NCBI GenBank assembly: GCA_045587025.1
Contig: JAZNBK010000044.1
Span: forward strand, 1 to 52,487
From: Eubacteriales bacterium
GTDB taxonomy: Bacteria > Bacillota > Clostridia > Oscillospirales > CAG-272
Reading direction: 5' to 3'
Length of the DNA stretch: 52,487 nucleotides
Positions 39,920 to 47,590 of this stretch are shown in pieces. Numbering within the stretch: position 1 is the first letter of the stretch; each line of letters begins with the position of its first letter. The notes below the pieces were generated by a model, which ran no database searches, was not told the origin of the DNA, and saw only the letters and a program-made list of their open reading frames with translations. The position numbers and the translations under genes were made by a program.

Positions 39920-41753
39920 GATACCGCAGTTTACTGCGAAGGAATATAAAAGCTCCTCTGCGCCGTATGAGTGGCTGTATCAGTATAAAGACGATAAATT
40001 TATGCTGCGTCAGCTTTGCGAGCAGATGAAGGATAATGCCGGGGCTGTCGGTGTTCGCGCCTTTATGGCAATGTGGAATTCCTACTGCGAGATGCAGGCA
40101 GAGAAAAAAGGATTCTCGCTTGAGAACGCGACGAACTTCGAGGACCAGCCACTTGAACTCTTTTCCGGCTCGTATATCTGCGACGAGATGGGTGTAGCCG
40201 TTATGGATAGATACGGATACGAGCAGACGGTATGCAGACACCCGATACTTCCTTGTGAGCGTCTTGTAAATATCGACACGGGCGAGGAACGTCTGAAGAT
40301 AGCTTATAAGAACAGTACAAGGAACAGGACTTGGCGAGAGCTTATAGCGGAGAAGGCGGTAGTCGCTTCATCAAGCGCGATACTCCAGCTTTCGCAGAAG
40401 GGCGTAGTGGTGAATAGTGAGAACGCGAAGGCACTCTCTACGTACTTGCTTGAGCTTGAACAGTTAAATTATGACTTTATACCCGAGCAGAAGTCGGTAG
40501 GTCGCTTGGGGTGGGTAGGAAAGCACGGATTTTCTCCTTACGTAGAGGACCTTGTGTTTGACGGTGAGAATAACTTTAAGCATATCTTTGCAGCCGTCAG
40601 ACCGAGTGGTGACCGCGACACGTGGGTAGAAGCAATGAAAAAGGTCAGAGCAGAGAAGAGCGCAGCTCGTTTCGTTCTCGTCGCTTCCTTTGCAAGCGTC
40701 ATATTAGAGCCTTGCGGTCTTTTACCTTTCTTCCTGCACATCTGGGGACAAACCGAGGTCGGTAAAAGCGTAGCTCTTATGATAGCGGCTTCGGTGTGGG
40801 CTTCGCCAAAGCTCGGAGATTTTATAACCACGTTCAACTCTACTATGGTAGGTCAAGAGATGATGGCAACCTTCCTCAATTCCTTACCGATGTGCATAGA
40901 CGAGCTTCAGATTCAGTCAGGCTCGGGTGTACGCGAGTTCGATAAGATAATATATCAGCTCACCGAGGGCGTCGGCAAGACACGAGGAGCGAAGCAGGGA
41001 GGCTTGCAGAAGCTCAACACGTGGAGAAATTGCTTTATTACAAACGGCGAAAGACCTATCAGTTCGGAGAATAGCGGAGGTGGAGCTATAAACCGTATTA
41101 TCGAGATAGAGTGTACCGAAAAGGTATATAGTGACCTCGTAGGACTATGCACGGTCATCAATAATAATTTCGGCTGGGCAGGCGCAGAATTCGTCGGCTG
41201 GCTTCAGACAGACGGTGCATTTGAACGAATAAACGCGCTTCAGAAGGAGTATTATCACGAGCTTCTGAAGGTGGATAGCACGGACAAGCAGGCGGCATCG
41301 GCTTCAGCTATCCTTGCCGCAGACCATATCGTGACGGAGCTTATATTCAAGGATGGAAACAATCTCACGGTAGAGGATATGGAAAAGATAATGCAGAAAA
41401 AGAGCGAGGTAGACGTTAATGTGAGGGCTTATGATGCCATTATGGATATGGTAAGCTCTAATATAAATCACTTCAAGAAAAACGATTTCGGCGAGTATCA
41501 AGGCGAGGTGTGGGGCAAGCTCGACGGAGATTATGTATACATTATAAAATCTGTTTTTGACCGCGAAATGCAGAACAGGGGCTATAACTCCACAGCGTTC
41601 CTGTCATGGGCTAAAGCTAATAATTTGTTGTTATGTAGCGGAAATAAAACAACTCGCGTAACACGAATTATAGGTCCTTCTACGCGGTGCGTTTGCATTA
41701 AGAAAGACGAAAACCTTTGGGAAAAATGGGACGGAAAGAACCCCGAATTTTAA
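39900..41753 (+). CDS. DUF927-domain replication protein / helicase-like initiator
   Basis: SVGRLGW, Walker A GQTEVGKS, IDELQ, GKTRG, TNGE, GGAINR; C-terminal winged-helix-like region. Confidence 0.82.
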   Translation: MSNVQIEIPQFTAKEYKSSSAPYEWLYQYKDDKFMLRQLCEQMKDNAGAVGVRAFMAMWNSYCEMQAEKKGFSLENATNFEDQPLELFSGSYICDEMGVAVMDRYGYEQTVCRHPILPCERLVNIDTGEERLKIAYKNSTRNRTWRELIAEKAVVASSSAILQLSQKGVVVNSENAKALSTYLLELEQLNYDFIPEQKSVGRLGWVGKHGFSPYVEDLVFDGENNFKHIFAAVRPSGDRDTWVEAMKKVRAEKSAARFVLVASFASVILEPCGLLPFFLHIWGQTEVGKSVALMIAASVWASPKLGDFITTFNSTMVGQEMMATFLNSLPMCIDELQIQSGSGVREFDKIIYQLTEGVGKTRGAKQGGLQKLNTWRNCFITNGERPISSENSGGGAINRIIEIECTEKVYSDLVGLCTVINNNFGWAGAEFVGWLQTDGAFERINALQKEYYHELLKVDSTDKQAASASAILAADHIVTELIFKDGNNLTVEDMEKIMQKKSEVDVNVRAYDAIMDMVSSNINHFKKNDFGEYQGEVWGKLDGDYVYIIKSVFDREMQNRGYNSTAFLSWAKANNLLLCSGNKTTRVTRIIGPSTRCVCIKKDENLWEKWDGKNPEF

Positions 41754-42544
41754 AAAATGTTACACCTGTTACACTTGTTACACCTAAAAACATACCTACT
41801 TATACGCGAGAAGATATATACATAAGCGTGTAAATATGAGTATATATTTTAACCGCGTGTAAAGACAAAAAAACAGGTGTAACAGGTGTAACAGTGTAAC
41901 AAATGATAAAAGACAAAGATAAATAGCAGCATTTTTGTGTAACACTTTACTCTTGAGGTTGTGTAACAAGTGGTTACAAAAGGAAATTCCAAAGTGGGAA
42001 GAGTGGGACGGAAAGAACCTCGAATTTTAAAAAATGTTACTGGTGTTACTGGTGTTACTGTTAAAAATACACCTACTTATATATGTGAGAATATATACGC
42101 GCGAATACGCAAAAAAACACCTATATATTTTCTTCGCGTGGAAAGATGAAAAAACACCAGTAACACCAGTAACATCAGTAACAAGTATCAAAAAAGCAAG
42201 ATAATAAGCCAACTTTTTACTGTTACCACAAAATTAAGTTATGTGTAACAAGTGGTTACAAAAGGAAATACCGAGATGGGAAGAATGGGACGGCGACCCT
42301 AAATTTTAATTAAAATGTACTCAGTGTACTCGCTGTACTCGGTAAAAAGATACCTACTTATATAGGGGAAACATATATATGCGCGTGAATACGCGAAGAA
42401 TAACTATATATTTTTATCGCGTGGGGAAAGAAAAATTACCGAGTACACCGAGTACAGTGGGTACAAAATCAAAAGAACAAGCATAACAAGCCACTTTTTC
42501 ACGTTCCCGCTTTTTGTGGGCACGTGGTACAGGTGGGTACAAAA
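41718..42544. repeat. Three tandem ~280-bp origin-like units with unit-specific inverted iterons
   Basis: Units start 41718, 41995, 42277; iterons 3x TGTTACACC / 3x TGTTACTGG / 3x TGTACTCGG with inverted triplets ~90 bp downstream; shared AT-rich core. Confidence 0.9.
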
Positions 42545-42563
42545 CATTATTTAGGAGGGTAAT

Positions 42564-42677
42564 ATGGCAACATTACAGGAATACGAAGCATATAAAAGAT
42601 ATTTGCAGGGGTTGAATTTACCCTGTGCGGAGTATGAAAAGCGCCTGCGCGAATGGTGCAGACGAAATAATTTCTAA
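42564..42677 (+). CDS. 37-aa hypothetical phage protein (not in ORF track)
   Basis: aggaggg RBS; MATLQEYEAYKRYLQGLNLPCAEYEKRLREWCRRNNF*. Confidence 0.7.
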   Translation: MATLQEYEAYKRYLQGLNLPCAEYEKRLREWCRRNNF

Positions 42678-42719
42678 TTTGATAACCAAAAATTTTTTAT
42701 AAAAGAAAGGAAAAGAAAA

Positions 42720-43055
42720 ATGAAGAATGAAAAGGAAATGTTAGAAGAACTGTTAGTCGAGGCAGCAAAGGTAATGGACTGCCCGCAGCCGCACGAGGTA
42801 GCCGAATATCTGCTCGAAAACGGAGTTAAGCTCCCGCCTGTAAAGATAGGTCAGACGGTATATTCCGCTATTTCTCCCGAGATTGATATAGACGAGCATA
42901 CCGTGACCGAATGGAAGGTCAAGGGCATTTTGTGCGAGGAAAACTGCTATTATGCGGAAAACTCTGACGGAGAGTTCTTCGTGGTCGGTAGTGACCTCTG
43001 CAAGCTCACCCGCAGACAAGCCGAATCCGCAGCTAAAGGCGCTGCTAAAAAATAA
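42720..43055 (+). CDS. Hypothetical phage protein
   Basis: AEYLLENGVKLPPVKIGQTVY pattern seen in phage accessory ORFs. Confidence 0.7.
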   Translation: MKNEKEMLEELLVEAAKVMDCPQPHEVAEYLLENGVKLPPVKIGQTVYSAISPEIDIDEHTVTEWKVKGILCEENCYYAENSDGEFFVVGSDLCKLTRRQAESAAKGAAKK

Positions 43056-44218
43056 TGGGACAGGGCAGAAACTGGTCAAAAGAAGAGGAAGCGCAACTCT
43101 CGGAAGAGTGGGGTACATATAGCATTGACACTCTCGCAAGACGACTTGGAAGGTCACGTAATTCCATTATAGTCCGCGCTCAACGTCTTCATTTGGGTGG
43201 GCATATGGAGAGTTCGGATAAAATCTCTTTTAATGTCCTTTTGAAAGAACTTGGGCTGAAGGGCGGTTATGAATGGGAGTTGCGAAAATTCACCGAAGCA
43301 GGACTCAAAATCTATATGCATCGAGTGAAGGATAACTCCTTCAGAATGGTAAAAATAGAGGATTTCTGGAAGTTCGCAGAAAATAATAGGCATCTTATAG
43401 ATTTTTCTCGCCTTGAAAAAAATGCTCTCGGCGCAGAGCCCTCGTGGGTGAAATCGAAAAGAACTGAAGACTTTAAGCGTAAGTGTGTCGTAAAGCCCCA
43501 TAATTCCAAATGGACCGCGGAAGAGGATGGAGAGCTCCTTCGACTTCTACGCGCCTACCGTTATACCTACCCCGAGATAGCGGACCGTCTGCGCCGATCT
43601 GAAGGTGCTATACAGCGACGTGTGCTGGACCTTGGAATAAAGGAAAGACCTCTCAAAGCCGATAATCACACTCTTTGGACTGAGGATCAGATAAAAAACC
43701 TCTGCCAAATGATTAAAGCCGGAAGCAATTACGAGAGTATGAGCCGCGTCCTCGGAAAATCCTCAAAGGCAATACGCGGCAAGGTGTTTACGGTTTATCT
43801 TACCGAGAACCTTAATAAAGTAAGAAACCTTATCTGTGACGGTGAATGGGGAGATAATCGTCCGGAGCGCTGCCTGAAGCAAAAGCTCTTTATGACGGTA
43901 GAAGAAAAGACCGAGGTAAAAGAAACGATAAGCGTATTGGCGGGGCTGCTCGCTTATAGAATCCGAAAGCATTTCGACGATCAGGATAACTGGCAGAGGA
44001 ATCTTTGTCAGAATTGGGACGACGTGAGGGGTTGCGCCGTATGTGAAACCGACTGCGACGCCTGCTCCTCGTTTACAAGAATCCGACCTCAATACTGTGT
44101 GAGGTGTGGCGCCACGTTCTACGAACGCAAGGAAAACCGTGTTTGTGAAAGATGCAGAATTCAACGAAAAAAGCAGGCATATAGAAAATATCTATACATA
44201 AGGAGTAGAGAGCGATGA
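43055..44218 (+). CDS. Multi-HTH (Myb/SANT-like repeat) protein with C-terminal Cys cluster
   Basis: WSKEEEAQL, WTAEEDGEL, WTEDQIKNL each followed by helix..LGRS/LRRS/LGKS; CVRCG..CERC. Confidence 0.65.
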   Translation: MGQGRNWSKEEEAQLSEEWGTYSIDTLARRLGRSRNSIIVRAQRLHLGGHMESSDKISFNVLLKELGLKGGYEWELRKFTEAGLKIYMHRVKDNSFRMVKIEDFWKFAENNRHLIDFSRLEKNALGAEPSWVKSKRTEDFKRKCVVKPHNSKWTAEEDGELLRLLRAYRYTYPEIADRLRRSEGAIQRRVLDLGIKERPLKADNHTLWTEDQIKNLCQMIKAGSNYESMSRVLGKSSKAIRGKVFTVYLTENLNKVRNLICDGEWGDNRPERCLKQKLFMTVEEKTEVKETISVLAGLLAYRIRKHFDDQDNWQRNLCQNWDDVRGCAVCETDCDACSSFTRIRPQYCVRCGATFYERKENRVCERCRIQRKKQAYRKYLYIRSRER

Positions 44219-44433
44219 ATAAACACTGCTACAACTGCTTAAATACAGAGCACTGCGCTAATTACGGAAAAGACGATTGCGCATATAAAGGAAAACCTCT
44301 TAAACTGTTTGAAGGTCAAAACTGTAAAAAAGAGTGCTTTGCCTGCAAACATGAGGATATCTGCGTCGCAAGCTGTAAAGGGCAAAGATGCTCAAAATGT
44401 AGATTTTACGAAAGGACGTGTAAGGGACAATGA
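44215..44433 (+). CDS. Cys-rich hypothetical protein
   Basis: 72 aa with many Cys; ATGA overlap. Confidence 0.55.
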   Translation: MNKHCYNCLNTEHCANYGKDDCAYKGKPLKLFEGQNCKKECFACKHEDICVASCKGQRCSKCRFYERTCKGQ

Positions 44434-44720
44434 GCAAAGAAAAGCAGATTGATGAAATAGCAAAACTTATATGTACTTATCCTCAATGTGTTCATTATAA
44501 CATTATTGGCGAGTGCAAAAATACTGTTTGTCAAACCGTTGATTTTGCAGAACACCTTTACAACTCAGGATACCGCAAGCAGAGCGAGGTTGTGAGGGAG
44601 ATTTTCGAAGAAATTGAGAAATTTACACATCGTTTCCTTGACGATTTCAATTATTTAGGCGGTGATTTAGTATACGACATTGCCGAACTCAAAAAGAAAT
44701 ACACGGAGGAAAGAAAATGA
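44430..44720 (+). CDS. Hypothetical phage protein
   Basis: Coupled ORF; AEHLYNSGYRKQSEV..IAELKKKY. Confidence 0.65.
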   Translation: MSKEKQIDEIAKLICTYPQCVHYNIIGECKNTVCQTVDFAEHLYNSGYRKQSEVVREIFEEIEKFTHRFLDDFNYLGGDLVYDIAELKKKYTEERK

Positions 44721-44920
44721 GCGAACTTAACAGAGAACAGATTATAAATGCTTTGGAGTGGTGTATTCAAAGTGAATCTTGTGAATATTGCGAGTACCAC
44801 GATGAATCAAACGGAGATGTCTGTTCTATAAGAAGCGATGCCCGCGCACTTGTCAATGAGCTCACCGAAGAGAATGAGAACTTAAAGAAATCCTATGCGG
44901 TGCATGAGGAGTGGAAATGA
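44717..44920 (+). CDS. Hypothetical phage protein
   Basis: ggagg RBS; IINALEWC..CEYCEY. Confidence 0.6.
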   Translation: MSELNREQIINALEWCIQSESCEYCEYHDESNGDVCSIRSDARALVNELTEENENLKKSYAVHEEWK

Positions 44921-45240
44921 ACACAAAATGGGAAGATACACCGTATAGCGTTATATGTGTAGTGGTGGCGCTCTGCAAGGATTACGGAAGGCGCAAGAAG
45001 ATACTCTCGAGGTCTGATATATCTGTCGAGATTAGAAATAGATACGTAGAGCTTAATTCTGCCATTGAGGAAGAACTCGGTAAGCTTGAGCCCCTTATAG
45101 CCAAAAACATGGTAGACGACGTAGGAAGGGGACGAGGTTATAACTATTCACCTTCTGCGCCGTATATCGCAAAGAATACCTATTATAAGCGCCGTCATAG
45201 TTTTATATTAGGAGTCGCGGAGAATCTGAGACTTGTGTAG
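44917..45240 (+). CDS. RinA/ArpU-like late transcriptional activator
   Basis: Last gene before terminase; C-terminal KNTYYKRRHSFILGVAENL helix pattern. Confidence 0.65.
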   Translation: MNTKWEDTPYSVICVVVALCKDYGRRKKILSRSDISVEIRNRYVELNSAIEEELGKLEPLIAKNMVDDVGRGRGYNYSPSAPYIAKNTYYKRRHSFILGVAENLRLV

Positions 45241-45242
45241 TT

Positions 45243-45275
45243 TGCGACAATTCACAGTTGCCCTTATGCTATAAT
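45243..45275 (+). promoter_or_regulatory. Late promoter 1 (TGCGACAATT-17-extended -10)
   Basis: TGCGACAATT 45243-45252, TGcTATAAT ending 45275; same geometry at 47319 and 47455. Confidence 0.7.
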
Positions 45276-45299
45276 AAAAAAAGAAAGGAGAGATTGTCA

Positions 45300-45710
45300 A
45301 TGAGAAACGAAAAAGGACAATTTTGCGAAGGGAACGAAATAGGCAAGGAAACAAGGTTTTCTGAAGGTCACGAATTTTCTAAAAAATATAATGATAAATA
45401 TTGCGATGAAATGGTGAAATATTTCCATACTTATTCGGGATACCCTACGTTTGAATTGTTTGCCGATAGCATAGGTGTTATTGACGATACACTTCGTAAT
45501 TGGTGCGAGGAATTCCCCCAATTTCGCCACGCTTATAAGCGTTGTATGAATATTCAGAAGGGAAAACTGATAGACAACACGCTTTCCGAGAAGTATAATG
45601 CTAATTTTGCGAAATTTGTAGCCGTAAACTGTCACGGAATGAAGGAACGTATTGAGCAGGACGTAAATGCTAACGGCGCTCTTGAGGTCAATATAAATGT
45701 CATCGATTAA
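45300..45710 (+). CDS. terS: Terminase small subunit
   Basis: RNEKGQF..GN, KY..YCDEMVKYF, HTH DTLRNW; directly upstream of terL. Confidence 0.8.
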   Translation: MRNEKGQFCEGNEIGKETRFSEGHEFSKKYNDKYCDEMVKYFHTYSGYPTFELFADSIGVIDDTLRNWCEEFPQFRHAYKRCMNIQKGKLIDNTLSEKYNANFAKFVAVNCHGMKERIEQDVNANGALEVNINVID

Positions 45711-47076
45711 CATAGATATAACGAAAAAGCAGAGGGCATTTATTGGTGCGACGGAAGACGAGGTGCTTTTTGGTGGCGCTGCGGGCGGAGGAAAGTCCTA
45801 CGGTCAGATAGTAGATGCTTTGCTATTCGCCTTGAAATATCCCGGCTCGAAGCAGCTTATTCTGAGACGCACATTTGCGGAGCTTGATAAATCGCTCATC
45901 AGAACGGCGTTATCCTTATATCCGCGCGAGATATTCACGCTTAATTCTTCCTCGCACGTGGGAAGGTTTAAGAACGGCTCTTGTATAGATTTCGGTTACT
46001 GCGCAAGCGAAAACGACGTCTATCAGTATCAGAGCGCAGAATATGACGTTATTCGGTTCGACGAGCTCACCCACTTTACACAGGGTCAGTATATATATCT
46101 TATATCACGAGTGAGAGGGGCAAATAGCTTTCCAAAGCAGATTAAATCCTCGACAAACCCTGGTGGAGTAGGTCATACTTGGGTAAAGGAGCGTTTCGTA
46201 GACCCGGCGCCACCTAACACGAGCTTTGCCGGGACTCAAGGTATGAAACGGATATTTATACCGTCTTTCGTAGACGATAACAAATTCCTGATGAGCGCCG
46301 ACCCGAACTATAAGCAACGTCTGCTTGCACTTCCCGAACACGAGCGCAGGGCATTGCTTGAAGGTGATTGGGATATCTTTGAAGGACAGTATTTCGACGA
46401 GTTTAATAGAGATTTGCATGTCTGTTTGCCGTTTGACATACCGAAGGAGTGGCGAAGGTATATAGCGATTGACTACGGTCTTGATATGCTCGCGGCTTAT
46501 TGGATAGCCGTAGATAGCACGAGAACTGCCTTTGTCTATAAAGAATACTGTAAGTCAAACCTTCCGATAAGCACGGCTGCAAAGGCAATATTAGAGTATA
46601 CCGACGAGGACGAGGAAATATATGCTACGCTTGCGCCTCCTGACCTGTGGAGCAGAAGCCAGGAAACAGGAAAAAGCAAAGCAACACTCTTTTACGAGGC
46701 AGGGCTTGAGCTTACGAAATCAAATAACGATAGGGAAGCCGGTTGGCTCGCTATCAAGGAGCTTATGCAGAAGGATAGCAACGGTACGAGCAGATTACGG
46801 ATATTTAACACCTGCACACAACTGATTAAGCACCTTCCTATGCTTCAGAGAGACCCGAGAAAACCTACGGACACACAAAACGAGCCGCACGAGATAACGC
46901 ATAGCCCCGACGCATTGCGATATTTCGCTATATATTGGATTTATCCCACCGACGATAAAAAAGAAAGACGCATCAAATATCGTCCCGACCAGCTGGAAGA
47001 TTATTTGAACGCGTCTGAAGATGAGAGGGCATACCTTGTAAAGAAATACGGAGGAGAACCGTCTAACTATTATTAA
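45697..47076 (+). CDS. terL: Terminase large subunit
   Basis: GGAAGGGKS Walker A, FDELTHF Walker B, STNPGG, IDYG nuclease, HSPDALRY. Confidence 0.95.
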   Translation: MSSINIDITKKQRAFIGATEDEVLFGGAAGGGKSYGQIVDALLFALKYPGSKQLILRRTFAELDKSLIRTALSLYPREIFTLNSSSHVGRFKNGSCIDFGYCASENDVYQYQSAEYDVIRFDELTHFTQGQYIYLISRVRGANSFPKQIKSSTNPGGVGHTWVKERFVDPAPPNTSFAGTQGMKRIFIPSFVDDNKFLMSADPNYKQRLLALPEHERRALLEGDWDIFEGQYFDEFNRDLHVCLPFDIPKEWRRYIAIDYGLDMLAAYWIAVDSTRTAFVYKEYCKSNLPISTAAKAILEYTDEDEEIYATLAPPDLWSRSQETGKSKATLFYEAGLELTKSNNDREAGWLAIKELMQKDSNGTSRLRIFNTCTQLIKHLPMLQRDPRKPTDTQNEPHEITHSPDALRYFAIYWIYPTDDKKERRIKYRPDQLEDYLNASEDERAYLVKKYGGEPSNYY

Positions 47077-47084
47077 AAATAGTA

Positions 47085-47113
47085 TTGACTTTTGTTGCCT
47101 CTTATGTTAAAAT
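47085..47113 (+). promoter_or_regulatory. Sigma-A promoter for small RNA 1
   Basis: TTGACT-17-TGtTAAAAT. Confidence 0.65.
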
Positions 47114-47117
47114 AGAG

Positions 47118-47208
47118 GAGCGAGAGGGGAGGCAAACTTAAACCCCTCAAGCTCTTGTTTTTCTAAAGCCGTTCAGCTATCTGCCAAAGTGCCTGAACGG
47201 TTTTTCTT
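47118..47208 (+). ncRNA. Putative two-hairpin (kissing-loop) small RNA 1
   Basis: gagc..gagggg/cccctc..gctc stem, pyrimidine linker, ccgttcag/ctgaacgg stem + T-run; loops GGCA/TGCC complementary. Confidence 0.6.
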
Positions 47209-47311
47209 ATTTTGTTGCTATGTAATCAAGCAACTTGACGATTTCGCTATCTGACCAACCGACTGACTTAAGATATTCTATCAATCTTTTTAATGTGCTG
47301 TCGCTCATCAT
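47207..47311 (-). CDS. 34-aa amphipathic helical peptide antisense-convergent to RNA 1 (not in ORF track)
   Basis: MMSDSTLKRLIEYLKSVGWSDSEIVKLLDYIATK*; no clear RBS. Confidence 0.45.
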   Translation of the reverse strand: MMSDSTLKRLIEYLKSVGWSDSEIVKLLDYIATK

Positions 47312-47318
47312 AAAACAT

Positions 47319-47351
47319 TGCGACAATTTTGAGTAACTTTTATGTTATAAT
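47319..47351 (+). promoter_or_regulatory. Late promoter 2 (drives RNA 2)
   Basis: TGCGACAATT-17-TATAAT with TG extension. Confidence 0.65.
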
Positions 47352-47440
47352 AGAAGCGCAGAGAGGTAACTACGCTTCTTGTTCTTTCATTTTTCTTTAA
47401 CCGTTCGGGAATTTACCACGTTTCCGAACGGTTTTTTCTT
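47352..47440 (+). ncRNA. Putative two-hairpin (kissing-loop) small RNA 2
   Basis: agaagcg/cgcttct stem, pyrimidine linker, aaccgttcgg/ccgaacggtt stem + T-run; loops GGTAA/TTACC complementary. Confidence 0.6.
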
Positions 47441-47454
47441 TAAAGCGTAAAAAC

Positions 47455-47487
47455 TGCGACAATTCGCAGTAACTTTTGTGGTAAGAT
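47455..47487 (+). promoter_or_regulatory. Late promoter 3 (portal operon)
   Basis: TGCGACAATT-17-TAAGAT with TG extension. Confidence 0.62.
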
Positions 47488-47531
47488 ATAGTTGGATAGA
47501 TAAAATACAGACCAAAGCCCGATTAAGAGGC

Positions 47532-47572
47532 AGAGTCACATTCACCGTATTGGTGAGCGTGGCTCTTTTTTT
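47532..47572 (+). terminator. Terminator-like hairpin in the portal leader
   Basis: agagtcac..tcacc/ggtga..gtggctct followed by T7. Confidence 0.6.
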
Positions 47573-47590
47573 ATTTTATACGAAAGGAAA

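Noticed and set aside
42027-42212. 61-aa minus-strand ORF
   Set aside because: Translation of the iteron repeats (VTGVTG, SNTSN); no RBS
41718-42544. CRISPR array or simple VNTR
   Set aside because: Units are ~280 bp, similar along their whole length, with internal inverted iterons; no constant repeat/unique spacer pattern and no cas genes
42712-42724. Target of RNA 2 linker at the start of ORF 42720
   Set aside because: Only 13 nt of low-complexity A-rich complementarity; not distinguishable from chance
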